64,000 nt of DNA, taken from assembly GCA_964016885.1 (NCBI GenBank), contig OZ024742.1:225804001-225868000 (forward strand), in the 5' to 3' direction. A model generated the notes under the pieces. The model saw only the letters and a list, made by a program, of their open reading frames with translations, did not search any database and was not told the origin of the DNA. The position numbers were made by a program, and so were the translations under genes. The DNA is from Eledone cirrhosa. Taxonomy: Eukaryota. Shown here one piece after another: positions 14,402-27,300 of the stretch; the first letter of the stretch is position 1; the number at the start of each line of letters is the position of its first letter.

Positions 14402-17400
14402 GGCGACCTACGTAGTAAATCGTATCATCGTGAGCTCCGCAAAGGTTTGTTATTTCCGTTTGTTAAAAATTGCTATTTATGGAAAATTTTATTGTTAACT
14501 GTATATAAGCGCACATACATTGTTTTCCGAAAAGGACACCCAAAAAGATTGGGGCCTTGTGCCCAAAATTTTAACATTTATAATTATCAAAAAAAATTTC
14601 TTTGAAAAAAAACATGGAAGTCTCACAGCCACACGAAGCTGACAGCCTTCCTCATAAACTAACACCTCACATCGACACCACTATTGTAAATATTACTACG
14701 TTTGCCAACACTAAAGATATAAGCAGTAGCAATATTTTAAATTTGTCTCAGGCAGACATTCATTTCCCGCCATTACCAATGACTGCAGGTGTTAAAGCCG
14801 CCCCCCCCCCCCCCCCACCGCGACAACAGAAACAAAAGAAGAAAAAAATAAATTAACTTGTGATGTTGAAATGAATTCAAGCAAAATGGACTCTTCCCCA
14901 CCGAACACCACTGACGTCACGACCACCACAACTGAAACTAAAATTAATAATAACAAAAATAACGATAACAACAACAGCAACAATGACATTAAAAAAACCA
15001 CCCTGAGTTTTGCCAGAGTAGCAAAACAGTGCGAAGCATTTCAGGTAACTCAGGAGGAATTAGAAAATGCCAAAAAAATGGTAAAGAAAGATGGGTACAG
15101 GGTCAGCCCCCCCCCCCCCCCCCCACCTAATAAAAATGGAGCATCGGCGCCTATGCACCATGTCGTATCGAACAATTAATGTAAAATCGCGCCGAGTGGA
15201 ACGGGCATCCGAGTCCCAAATCAAAAAAGCTTTGGGACATGTGTGGGCAAGAAAAACCCACATCAGACGTGGGCAGAAGTATGGAACCGTGGACGTGTTC
15301 TTTGAAACACCAGAGGAGGCTAGAGAACACTCCATGGCCCCATTAAGAAGTGACGACTTCACACTCGTCCCAAGCTATTGTGGCCAGAGACTCGTAAAGA
15401 TCAGGGTGACCCACGTTCCACCGGCCATCGAAATTCCCTGGCTAATAGCGGCCGTCCTCGCCGGCATCGAAGCCAACACAAAGATAATAGCAATAGCAAA
15501 AGAAAAGCAGGAGAACTGGTCGGGATCTGGGATGTGGGATGGAGCTCCTGATCCAAGCGGACCAAAAAAGCATTGAGGAGATCCCAGAGGTAATAGACCT
15601 CACTGACGGCAGCCACCTCACCGTAATTGTTGAGGGCAGAAGGCCTAGGTGTGTCGTTTGTGGTGAAGGAACCCACCTAAGGGCTTTCTGCCCTCAGGCT
15701 AAAAGGTTGAGGTCACCTCTCCTACCCACCCCAGTGACTCAACCATCAACACCACCAGTAGCAGAGATGGCAGCAACAACTGTAGCAGCAACAACAGAAG
15801 CAACTATAACAGCAACAACCCCAGCAACAGTAGCAAAACCAACACCACCACCACCCAACGCTTCAGAACTAGCACCAGCGCCTACACCATCCACCACGCC
15901 ACAACCAAAACTAATGCCTGTGGAGGATTTTCTACTCCCCGGCCTATCACAACTGGAGACAGATTGTGACGACGAGGAGTGAGAAACGGTATCAGGAAAA
16001 AAGAAAAAAAGAAACCCAAAAAGAAAAAATTCTCTTCCTTCCCCCTCCAAAAACAAAATACAGAGGGAAACAGATAAATTAACAAACAAAAAAGTTAGGA
16101 CAGATATGCCACCATCCACACCAGCATCACCAACCCCATCACCCCAAACACCAACACCATCACCATCATTAACCCCAACACCACCATCACCTACACCACA
16201 AAAGTCACCAAAATGCGAAACAGAAACAAACCCACAACAAACGCAAACAAAACAAAACAACCAAAATGATACACACTACACAGCATTAAATTTGAACAAC
16301 CAATTATTACACTACATCCAACACACCACCAGCATCACAGAAAAAGACTACACAACAACCCAAAATTCACACCACCTCCACATATAAAAATCACTCACAT
16401 CACACAGAAAACGTACACGACACTAAAACAAAAATTCCCCAAAGACATCGGAGACTTCCGACAAGCACTCTCCAGGAGGATTTATAAGGACATCCTTCCT
16501 GAGGAGGCTACAAGCAGTGAAAAGGATGGAAAAACTGTCCTTCCTCTACGAGAAGTAAGGTAAGTGGTCTTTCCCATCTTTTCCACTCCATTTCAACATG
16601 ATCTCACTCAGAATAGGCAGCATAAATGCGCGTGGCTTGGGGTCGTCATGGAAGCAGGGCCACCTGCTCAACGACCTCAGGTCACTAAACATAAATGTAG
16701 TGGCCATCAGCGAGACCAGAATCTCCGAAGCACGGGCCTTCGCACCGATCTTCGGCGGCTACGATGTGTACGCATCTCCCAGCCGTCCGGGATCGGGGAT
16801 GGAGTTGCTGTGCTTTTTCGGAGAGGTTTGGATCTTGCCATACGGGCCATCTTCCTGGACCCAGAAGGTAAGTTGGTGGTGCTGGACGTGACCAGCGGAG
16901 ACGAGCGAGCTTTCAGGTTAGTGGCCATCTATGCCCCGACAGGAGCAGGGCGGTCTGATTTCTTCCGGCGTCTGGAGACCTTTCTTGGAACGTCCCGCTC
17001 TTTAGTGTTAGTGGGCGACTGGAACGGGATCTTAGATGCACGCTGGGACTGTGTGGGATTAGTGGATAGGGAAGGAGGGTGCAAGAGTCTCACCAACCTG
17101 CTCAGGCGTTTTGAACTGTCTGACAGGTACCGATTGGATTTCCCGAATGTACCAATGTGGACTTGGACAAATCGCATAGGGTCATCCAGATCATATCTAG
17201 ATAGAGTGTTTTGTAGGGAAATAGATAGGTCTAGCATAGGCTGTCCACAATTCAAGATAGTAAGCTACACGGACCACAAATTCGTGATCTGTGTGCTTGA
17301 CTTAGATAGGCTTCATAGACGAGGACCTGGCTACTGGAAGCTAAACGCGTCCTTACCAGCGCGCAAGGCCTACAGAGACCGGATTAGCGAACTAATTAAG

Positions 17401-20255
17401 CGGGCGTTGACGGGGGCCATCGTCAACAACAAGTGGTGGTTTGCTCTGAAAAGAGCAATTAGAATAGAGTCCATTAGGTTTAGTAAGGCTTTAGCAATAG
17501 AGAAAAATAGAGCAGAGGGAGAATTAGTTAGAAAATTAGACGAGGCGCTTAGCAAAGGCATCGCGACCGATGTACTTGCGGCGAAATTGGCCCTTGACCA
17601 ATTCTTCAATACAAAGCACGAAGGCTGCGTTGTCAGAGCTAGGGTGCGTGCTCTCAGACACGAGGGGACGAAAGCCGTTCAATGGACCCGAGTGGCGGAG
17701 GCGCGTCGTGGCAACAAAGCCACGATCTGGTATTTGGTGGACCACAACGGGCGCATGCTACTTGATCCTGGGCAAATGTGTGAAGCTTTTCAGCGACACT
17801 TTGCTCAACTGTTCGGGGGCAGTGGCGGGCCGGATCGAGGGATGGACTTTAGTGTCTACCTCAACGGACTGCCGCGGCTCTCGGCCACTGAGGCGGAGTG
17901 TTGCGAAAAGCTGATAACAGCCGCTGAAGTACGGGAGGCAATGACTGGCTGCACAAGGGGTAAATCGCCTGGTTTGGATGGTCTGCCCTATGAACTTTAC
18001 GTACAAATGCCAGACTTGTTCGGAGGCCTCTTGGCGGACGTCTACTGCAACTGGCAACAGAACGGGAGAATTCCCAGCTCTGTGAGCCGAGGAGCGGTGG
18101 CGCTGCTGAGAAAGGATCCGAACAAGGGGGATAACAGATAATTTTAGGCCCATAACTCTGCTAAACACAGAGTTCAAGATTTTGGCCAAGGTGCTAGCAA
18201 AGAGGTTGGCGCTTGTCGTTGGTGGTCTGGTGGGAGAGGCGCAGACATGCGCCATTCCCGACAGATCCATCCACGACAACCTCCACCTCATGCGATACAT
18301 CGTAGAGAGGGTAGCTAGGGAATCTGGCACGGGTGGGTCTTTGATAAATTTAGATCGGTCGAAAGCCTTCGATAGGGTCGACCATCGTTACCTAGCGGCA
18401 GTCCTGAGGGCGGCTGGCTTTGGGCCCGTCTTCAGAGGCTGGATCGCTGCCATGCACAGCGACATCTGCTCTGTGGTGAGAGTGAACGGTCACCTTTCGG
18501 AACCATTCAACATCATGCGCTCGGTCCGCCAAGGATGTCCCCTCTCGTCCCTCTTGTATGTATTGACTCTTGAGCCATTACTGCACAAACTGGAGACGCT
18601 GAGGGGGGTCCCGCGCGAACTAGGATGCGGAAGATCCGTGTCAGCATATGCGGACGATGTCACCGTAGTGGTGTCGAACGCCAAACACATCGAGGCGATC
18701 GGCACTACACTAAGAGAATACGAAGCGGTGACAGGAGCAATGATCAACCAGGAAAAGTCAGTGGGCCTGCAGTTCGGTACCTGGAGAGGCAGGTCCATGC
18801 CGTCCAACAGCGTCGTCGGGCGCTGGACGGACGGACTGGTTAAATTGCTAGGGGTCTGGTTCGGTCCGGACCTCCAGACGGACAAAAACTGGGACGAGGT
18901 GACGAGCAGGGTGGCTTCTCTCACCCAGAAATGGGCTGAGAGGAAGCTATCCCTGAAAGGTTGAGTGGAGGTGGCTAACGCGTACATCGCGTCCGTCATC
19001 TACTACTGCCTGACCGTCGTACTTTGTCCTAAGCCCCGCCTGACTGCGCTGGAGCGTTTGCTCTTTCGCTTTTTGTGGAAGGGACACGCTCCGATGGTCA
19101 GGCGGTCCATCTGCTGTCAACACCCGCTACGTGGAGGGCTGGGCATGCCGTGGGTGATGATGTGCAGACACGCGCTCAGGCTACGACATCTCCACCTCTT
19201 CCTCGACGGTGATCAGGTGTGGTCGCCGTTTGCTAGACATGTTTTTCCCCAGCTCGTCTCCTTGACGGAGCTGCAGTCCTGGGTCAAGCAAAGACCGAGA
19301 GGGAGCGCTTGGAGACTGGAATGTCTTCAGGCGCTCACAGCCCTCGACCAATTGGGCAATGTGATCGGTGGGAACTCCACCTTAGCGTTCTATAGAGGAT
19401 TAGTGGAGGGGAAGAGCGACGATGTACTTGGAGAAACTCTAGACGTCGACGAAAATCAACTAGCCAATCTCTTCGGAAGGACTTTCGGGCCGGGGCCTAT
19501 GGATAACTTACAGAAATCCCTGGCCTGGCAGTGCTACCGGGGAGCTTTGCCAGTTCGGGATAAACTCTACAGGCATGGCGGTGTCGTCAGCCGGGCATGT
19601 CCGAGATGCGCGCAGGGCAACGAAACCGTCCTGCACGCACTCGTCCAGTGTCCGAGCATTGCTGATTTGTGGGTTTATGTCGAACACCTGCTGTCACGTG
19701 TAGGACGGATCCAGCTGTCAGCTGAGTCCATCGTGAGGATTGCTCCGCCGTCTTCTTTTAGCTGGGAAGGGCAGGCAGTTTTTATCTATCTGGTGTCCAT
19801 GGCGAAAGAGATAGTATGGTGGACACGTTTGAAAGGGCTGAAGACGAGCACTTACCTCTTCGGTGATGCCCTGATTAACTTTTTCAAATTTCATTTGAAA
19901 ATGAAAATCAGGGTAGAGAGGGAAGTGCTCTCTTCCCAGCATTTTGTTGAAAGATGGTTGAGAGAAGCAAGTATGGCCCGAGTGAATGGGCCTACTCTGA
20001 GTATGTGTCTGTAAATTAAAGGTAGAAAACTGGGAGAGGGCACTTGCCCTAGTGGTCAGGGTCACTGTGGTCTTTTAATGGGCTTTCTCCACAAATGTCC
20101 CTCGGAAGTCTCCCTCGTATTGGGGAATTTTTCTTTGTTATTTTATTACATCCTCTGTTTTTTTACACGCAGAAATGCCCATTTGTACCGTCCTGTATTG
20201 TCCTGTACTGTCCTTAATGTCTACTTTATGAAACCCTTGTGGTTAATAAAGAAAA

Positions 20256-20302
<47 letters not shown>

Positions 20303-21365
20303 CCTTAGTCTAAACATGAACTGCAAGATGTCAGTCACAAAAAAGTTTTTATGAAACGAAAGTGCTTTGAAATAATTCCACCAACAGGAGTACTCCAGCC
20401 AGAACAAAGAATAAATATACAAGTAAAGTTCACGCCAAGTGAAGGGGTAATTATATTTTGATCATTAAATATCTCTCTCTGCCACTCACTCTCTGCCTGC
20501 CACTCTCTCTCTCTTTCTCTCTTCCACTCTCTTTGCTATTCTCTCTTTCTTTGCTACCCGTTCTCTCTGCGTCTCTTTCTGTCTCTCTGATATTCTCCCC
20601 TTTTCTGTTTCTCCCCACTCTCTCTCTCCCTTTATCTTAAAATTTTCATTGTCATATCTTTAACAAAAATCACTTTAAATGATTTTGAAAATAATCAGGA
20701 ATTTTGAGGTATTTAGTAATATCTTCAGTTGTCTAAAGTCTCTATAGAAGTGTCGACCATATTGTCTTTACACCTGCTGATGAGCCTTGAGAGTTTATGG
20801 TACCGACACTGTTTATGACAAAACATTCTCTTCTTTGAATTTGTCCTGGTGTTTTATAGTTATAAAGGTGGGTCTGTACATTTTAATTAACCTTTTTAAT
20901 TATTATGTATTTTCCACACTTTTCATAGACTTTTTGCTCTTCACTCTAGTGGTTCTATACTCCTCATAATTGAAAATATACCCCCTTTTGTGTTTTCTTC
21001 TCTATATACTGTATTATGAAGAGCCCGGTACTTATTCCTTGAGCTCATTAAATTACAGGGAATTAACGCGAGTTTTTAACTCCATTTTTTCATTTGGTAG
21101 TATCTATATATAAATTTAAGTAACTTCCGTCCATTGTACAATGTGTGTGTGTGAACGAATGTGCGTGTAAAAGGAAGGAAGAGAATGGTGAAAAAAACTA
21201 TTGCAAAACTGCAGCCGGCATTCCATTTGCTACGCTGTGTGTGAGTGTATGTGTATGTTTGTGTAAATGTATGTGTTTGTGAGTGTGTATTTTTGTAAGT
21301 GTGTCTGTGTTTGTGCATTTATATTTATATACTCATACATATAAATGTATGCATATGCACATATG

Positions 21366-21396
<31 letters not shown>

Positions 21397-24300
21397 ACAC
21401 CCACACACACATACACACATATTCATCAGCATGTTGAAAAATTCCTAGTTAATAAAACTTTTTCATTAACAACATTGATGCTTGGAACATAACTTAACAA
21501 AACTTCAATAGTAATAGAAAAACTAACTTTTCATTATTAAATTGGTGTTTGGAATGTAATCTACTGAAATATTCTTACAAAAAATTACATTGGAAGGTTT
21601 AAATTTAAACATGAGCACTAAAAAAAATGTTTTTTATTGTAGAACCAGGGATGGTTTTAAGTGTGCTTAAGGGTTTAATCTTATAAGAAATTATTTTAAC
21701 CCTTTTAATGTCAAACATCCTGAAACAACCCCTAGTTCTATAATACAAAGCTATATATTTTAAAGTGCTTATCATCATCATCATCGTTTAACGTCTAGCT
21801 TCCACGCTAGCATGGGTTAGATGGGAGTTGTCCCACTTGAGGCAAGATTGGTCGGGTGACCGTGTCTCGCTCGTATAGTACTATCTGGCAGGTTTTCTAC
21901 GGCTGGATGCCCTTCCTAACACCAACCACATTTACAGTGTGAACTGGGAGCTTTTTACCATGTTACCTACACGACCACATTACAGCGTGGACTGTGTGTA
22001 TTTTTGTTGTGACACCGACCTAACCTCATTTGTTTGGACTGGATATTGTGGTACCAACAAACTTTATAAAGAAAGGGTGGTGTTGGCGGAAGTGGAGGTA
22101 GTGGTTTGGCATGTATGTTTGGTTTGGAGGGGCCTACTGACTGTAGGTTAACTTTGCACGTAAGGAAGGTGGATCTTCTGTATTACTGAGTACCGCCAAA
22201 GGTCTCGATCCAGTGACATTGTCTTAGAGAGGTGCAAGTGTGCAAGGTCAGAATTTATCATGTCGTCCCAGGTTTTTCTGGGTCTACCTACTCCGTAACT
22301 TCCATCAATTTTGATCTCCCTGCACTTTTTTTTATACAGCTGTCGTCTTTCATGCGCATCACATGACCATACCAACGTATTCTTCTCTCAAGTAAACAGC
22401 TTCTGATCCCTCTTATTCCTAATTTCTCACTTAGTTCGTTATGTTTTACTGTTCATATGTATTACTATTACACATCTAATGGAGCATGCATGCTTCATTC
22501 CTTTCCAATCTGCACAGGTCCTCTGCACACAATGCCCATGTCTCACTGCCATATAACATTGCTGTTTGTATACAGGCATCATACAATTTGCCTTTCATTT
22601 CTAGAGAGAAACCTTTTGTGGCCAACAGCAGTATAAGCTCTCTGAACTTTTTCCATCCCGTTCTGACTCTGGCTACTGTACTTTCAGAGCACCCTCCACC
22701 TCTGCTGATTTTGTCACCCAGGTAATGGAAAGTGTCCACTATTTCTATAGAACCATCTGGGCAATGGAAGGAGCAAATATCCTGTGGGCACTTGCTACTT
22801 ATTGCACCTGAGCATCGGCCACATATAAAATATACATTCTTAGATAGCTTGCCTGTGATCCCACTACATCTTTTATGTACCCATAGTTTGCATTTGGGGC
22901 ATAGAATGGAATTGCTACCTACTCCTTTCCTACACACTGAGCATAGCCATTTCCCAGAGGACACCTGTGCCCTATTTTCCTTTCTACATACTAGAAATTT
23001 AGTCTTCGACAAGTTAACTTTGAGGCCTTTTGGTTCTAGGCCATGCTTCCATGTTTGCTTATAATTGTCTAAAAACTTTCCATCATAATTTTATGTAAAA
23101 ACCTTTATTAATGTTCCAAACATTAGCTTAATAATGATAAAATTAGTTATACAGGTAAAATTCCGTTATAATGAATACCATTGTAACAAATTTTGCAGTA
23201 TTACAACATTTTTTTCAATCCCCAAAAACGCTTGATTTGTTTTGGTCAATCTCATTATAAAGAATTTTTCGTTACAACAAATTCTTTTTTATACCCCATG
23301 AATTTTGTTATAACGGAATTTCACTGTATTACTAAATCCCTCTTGATTATTCTCAAAGTTATTTAAAAATCATGGGCAGTGTCGTTTATGGGAAATATGG
23401 TAATGAAAGAGTTAAATAGAGATTATACATTGTCTTTTGAAGAAACTGTATGAAAAGAGGATTCCCATCCGAATTGCTCAGAGTAGTGAAAGAATCATCC
23501 TGCAATGTCGAGGCAAAGGTATTGAGCCTGTTCTTCAGTTTATGGAAGAAAACATCACATATCGACCAATTCTTCCACATGGTGGTGGTGATGAGAAAGA
23601 AGTGATTGTGAAGAATCCTTGTGATTTTCCAATAGAGTTCTACAGTATTGACTTTGATGTCAACTATCTTGAAGAAGAAAAGGTAAAAATAATCATGATC
23701 ATCAATCATCATCATCATCATTATCATCTTCACCACCACCTTCATCATTATCATATTCACTGCCACCACCACCACCACCACCACCACCACCATTATCATT
23801 AGCATTATCATCTTCACCACAACCACCACCACAATCATCATCATCATCTTCCTCACCACCACCATCATTATCATCTTCACCCGACACAGCAACTATAGTT
23901 GTGTAAAATATATGTGGCAGTCAACAGGTTAATGTTGTCAGACCAATTCTAGCAGACAGCAATGACCCCTGATCTCCGTCTTCTGTCACACACAGAAGAG
24001 TTGCAGTGTTGTGACATCTTGACATTGTCAAACTAGGGTTTTCTTTGTCTGCATTTTCTTTGCCTACCTTTGTGTCCAGGAGAATGGTTTAAAGCAGAAA
24101 GTCATGGCAGGAAATATGTCCATACCTGGTAAGCTTTCATCTTTTCACCATTGTAAGGAAGTACTTACTGCCTGGCAAAGATGTTTATATTATTATAATA
24201 TTGTGATTAAAACTTCTACCAACTACAAACAGCCAATGTGTATCTACCACTAGTGGATGCAGGAATTTATTAAACCCTTTAAAGTGGTGCCCCAACATGG

Positions 24301-27300
24301 CCCCAGTCCAATGTCTGAAACCTGTAAAAATATTGTATTATGGTTATCTGCATAACTGTCAGTAGATAGAGGTTTGGCCATCATCATCATCATTGTTTAA
24401 TGTCTATCTTCCACGCTAGCATGGGTTTAGACAGAAATTGTCCCACTTGAGGCAGGATTGGTTGTCTTGCTCGTATAGGACTGTCTGGCGGGTTTTCTAC
24501 GGCTGGATGCCCTTCCTAATACCAACCACGTTTACAGTGTGGACTGGGAGGTTTTTACTGTGTTACCTACACGGCCACATTACAGCTGGGACTGTGTGTT
24601 TTTTTGTCGTGGCACCTACACAACCTCATTTATTTAGGACTGGATGTTGTGGCACCAACATAACTTTACAGAAAAAAGGGTAGTGTAGATGGGGGTGGGG
24701 GTGGGGGGTAGTGGGATGGGGTGTATTTTTGGTTAGGAGGTGCCTACTGACTGTAGGTTTCGCTTTGTACTTAGGCAAGGCGGGTCTTCTGTATTACTGC
24801 ATAGCGCCAAAGATCTCGGTCCAGTGACATTGTCTTGGAGAGGTGTAAGTGTGCAAGGTCGGAATTTATCAAATCGTCCCAGGTTTTTCTGGGTCTGCCT
24901 ACTCTGCAGCTTTCATCTATTTTGATCGCCCTGCATTTTTTTTATACAGCTGTCGTCTTTCATGCGCATCACTTGACCATACCAATGTAGTCTTCTCTCA
25001 AGTAAACAGCATCTGATCCCTCATATTCCTAATTTCGCACTTAGTTCATTTATGCTTTGCTGTTCACGTATATTACTATTACACATCCAATGGAGCATGC
25101 AAGCTTCGTTCCTCTCCAGTCTGCGCAGATCTCTGCACACAAGGCACATGTCTCACTGCCATGTAACATTGCTGTTCGTATGCAGGCATCATACAGTCTG
25201 CCTTTCATTTTTAGGGAGAAACCTTTAGTGGCCAATAGTGGTTTCAGCTCTCTGAACTTTTTCCATCCCGTTCTGACTCTGGCTACTGTACTTTCAGAGC
25301 ACCCTCCACCACTGCTGATTTTGTCACCCAGGTAACGGAAGGTATCCACTATTTCTATAGAACCATCTGGGCAATGGAATGAGCTAGCATCCCGTGGGCA
25401 CTTGATACTACTTATTTCACCTGAGCACTGGCCACATATAAAATTTATATTCTTAGTTAGCTTACCTGTGATCCCACTAAATCTTTTATGCACCCATACT
25501 TTGCATTTTGGACAAAATGCAGTTTCTGCCTACTCCTCTCCTACACACTGAGCATGGCCATTTCCAAGATGGGACCAGTGCCTTATTTTCCTTCCTACAT
25601 ACTAGAAGTTTAGTCTTAGACAAGTTAATTTTAAGGCCTTTTGATTCTAGGCCATGCTTCCAAGTTTGGAATTTCTTCTCTAGTTCAGCCATTGATTCTG
25701 CTATGAGCGTTAGATCATCTGCGTATAGAAGTTCCCATGGGCAGCCGGTCTTGAACTCCTCTGACCATGGGTTCAAGAAGTTGCTTCATGAAGTCGTGGG
25801 TTCAATCCCATCATGTGACAGCTTGGGCAAGTGTCTTTACCATAACCTTGGGTCATCATCATCACCAGCAGCATTATCATCAGAGACCAAGTCAGCACTT
25901 AATCGAAGCTACTAACTTCTCAGGCAGGCAGGGGGAGGGGGCACATCTCACTTACATAAATTCCTGCACTTTCCAGGATGTAACTAAATAATCCTCTTGA
26001 CCTTTTGTTTGGCAAGTTTTCTATGGCTGGATACTCTTTCTATCACCAACACTTTATAGGGTATACTGGGTGCATTTTTTGTGGAACCATCACTATAAAA
26101 TGCACTCAGTACACTCTAGAATGCAGGAGTCTCTAAAATCAATCTTTTGTCTTCACGTCATTCATAATTTAATAAATGATGTATATTTTCTCCAGATTCT
26201 TCGCTTGATGCGAGGCTACGATGAATATAAGACTTTGCTGTTGCCCCCTCGGGCTGCTGGAGAAAAGTTACCCCCAGAACTGTTGGAATTTTACAAAGGT
26301 TGGCCAAATTTAACTTTTATTTTCATCATTTAAAGTCAGGCACAGCTCTGTGGGTAAGGGGTTTACTTCACAACTGCGTGGTTTCAGGTTCAGCACCATT
26401 GCATGACACCTTGGGCAAGTGTCTTCAGGTTGACCAATGCCTTGTGAATGGAATTTAGTAGATAGAAACAGTTTAAAAGCTTTTCATATATGTGTGTGTG
26501 TGTATGTACAAGGGTGCTTTAAAAAGTTTGTGGAAAAAGGACAGTTGGAAAAAAGGCTTTAAGTTATGTTTATTTTTGAACATATGCTCCATCTAGGTCA
26601 ATATACTTCTGCAAGCGTTGATACCAGCCTTTAAGTCCATCTGTGTAAAACTGAGGGCCATGGATTTAAACCATGTCAAAGCAGTTTTTTTTACACCTTC
26701 AGCTGGGGATCATCTCCAACCTCATCTCTTCCACTTCTAAAACAACTTATCCATTTGTAGGTTGTTGATTTCATTGGGGCATTGTCCCTATAAACTTGCT
26801 CCAGAGCGTCAATGATTTGGCTGCTTTTCCACCCTAGCTTCACCATGAATTTGATGTTTTGATGGAGGCTATGTTGTTTGAGCCAGTGCTGGCTTCCAAC
26901 TGAAGGTGCCACATTTCAACATGCATTTAAGGGTTCATATTAGAACATGTTATGACATGTTAGTATGAGAACGTACAGGTGCATTGAGATCAAAACCCCT
27001 GCATATAATCTTTAGTTATGTACTTTTCCCACAAACTTTATGAAGCCCCCTCGTATATATCTGTGTATTTATGTATGCATGTATCTGTGTCCATGTTTAT
27101 GTTTACCTTTTGTGTTTGTTTATGTCCTGTAACCTATGGTTTGACAAAAAGCAATTGATACAAATAAATACCAGACTTCAAAATACGAGTACTGGAGTTG
27201 ATATGATTGACTAGATTCCTTTAAGGCAGTAAGTAGTACCACAGCACGACCACCATCTAATAAATGTAAAAGAAAAAAAGAATAAATCTATCTTCTAATA

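Noticed and set aside
16564-20014. Active autonomous Tx1 element
   Set aside because: ORF2 has about two frameshifts and a premature TGA (18962-18964), and ORF1 is also broken. Some homopolymer indels could be sequencing errors.
23683-23892. Poly-His extension and poly-Gly/Asp antisense ORFs
   Set aside because: An intronic (CAT)/(CAC) microsatellite after the GT donor at 23683.
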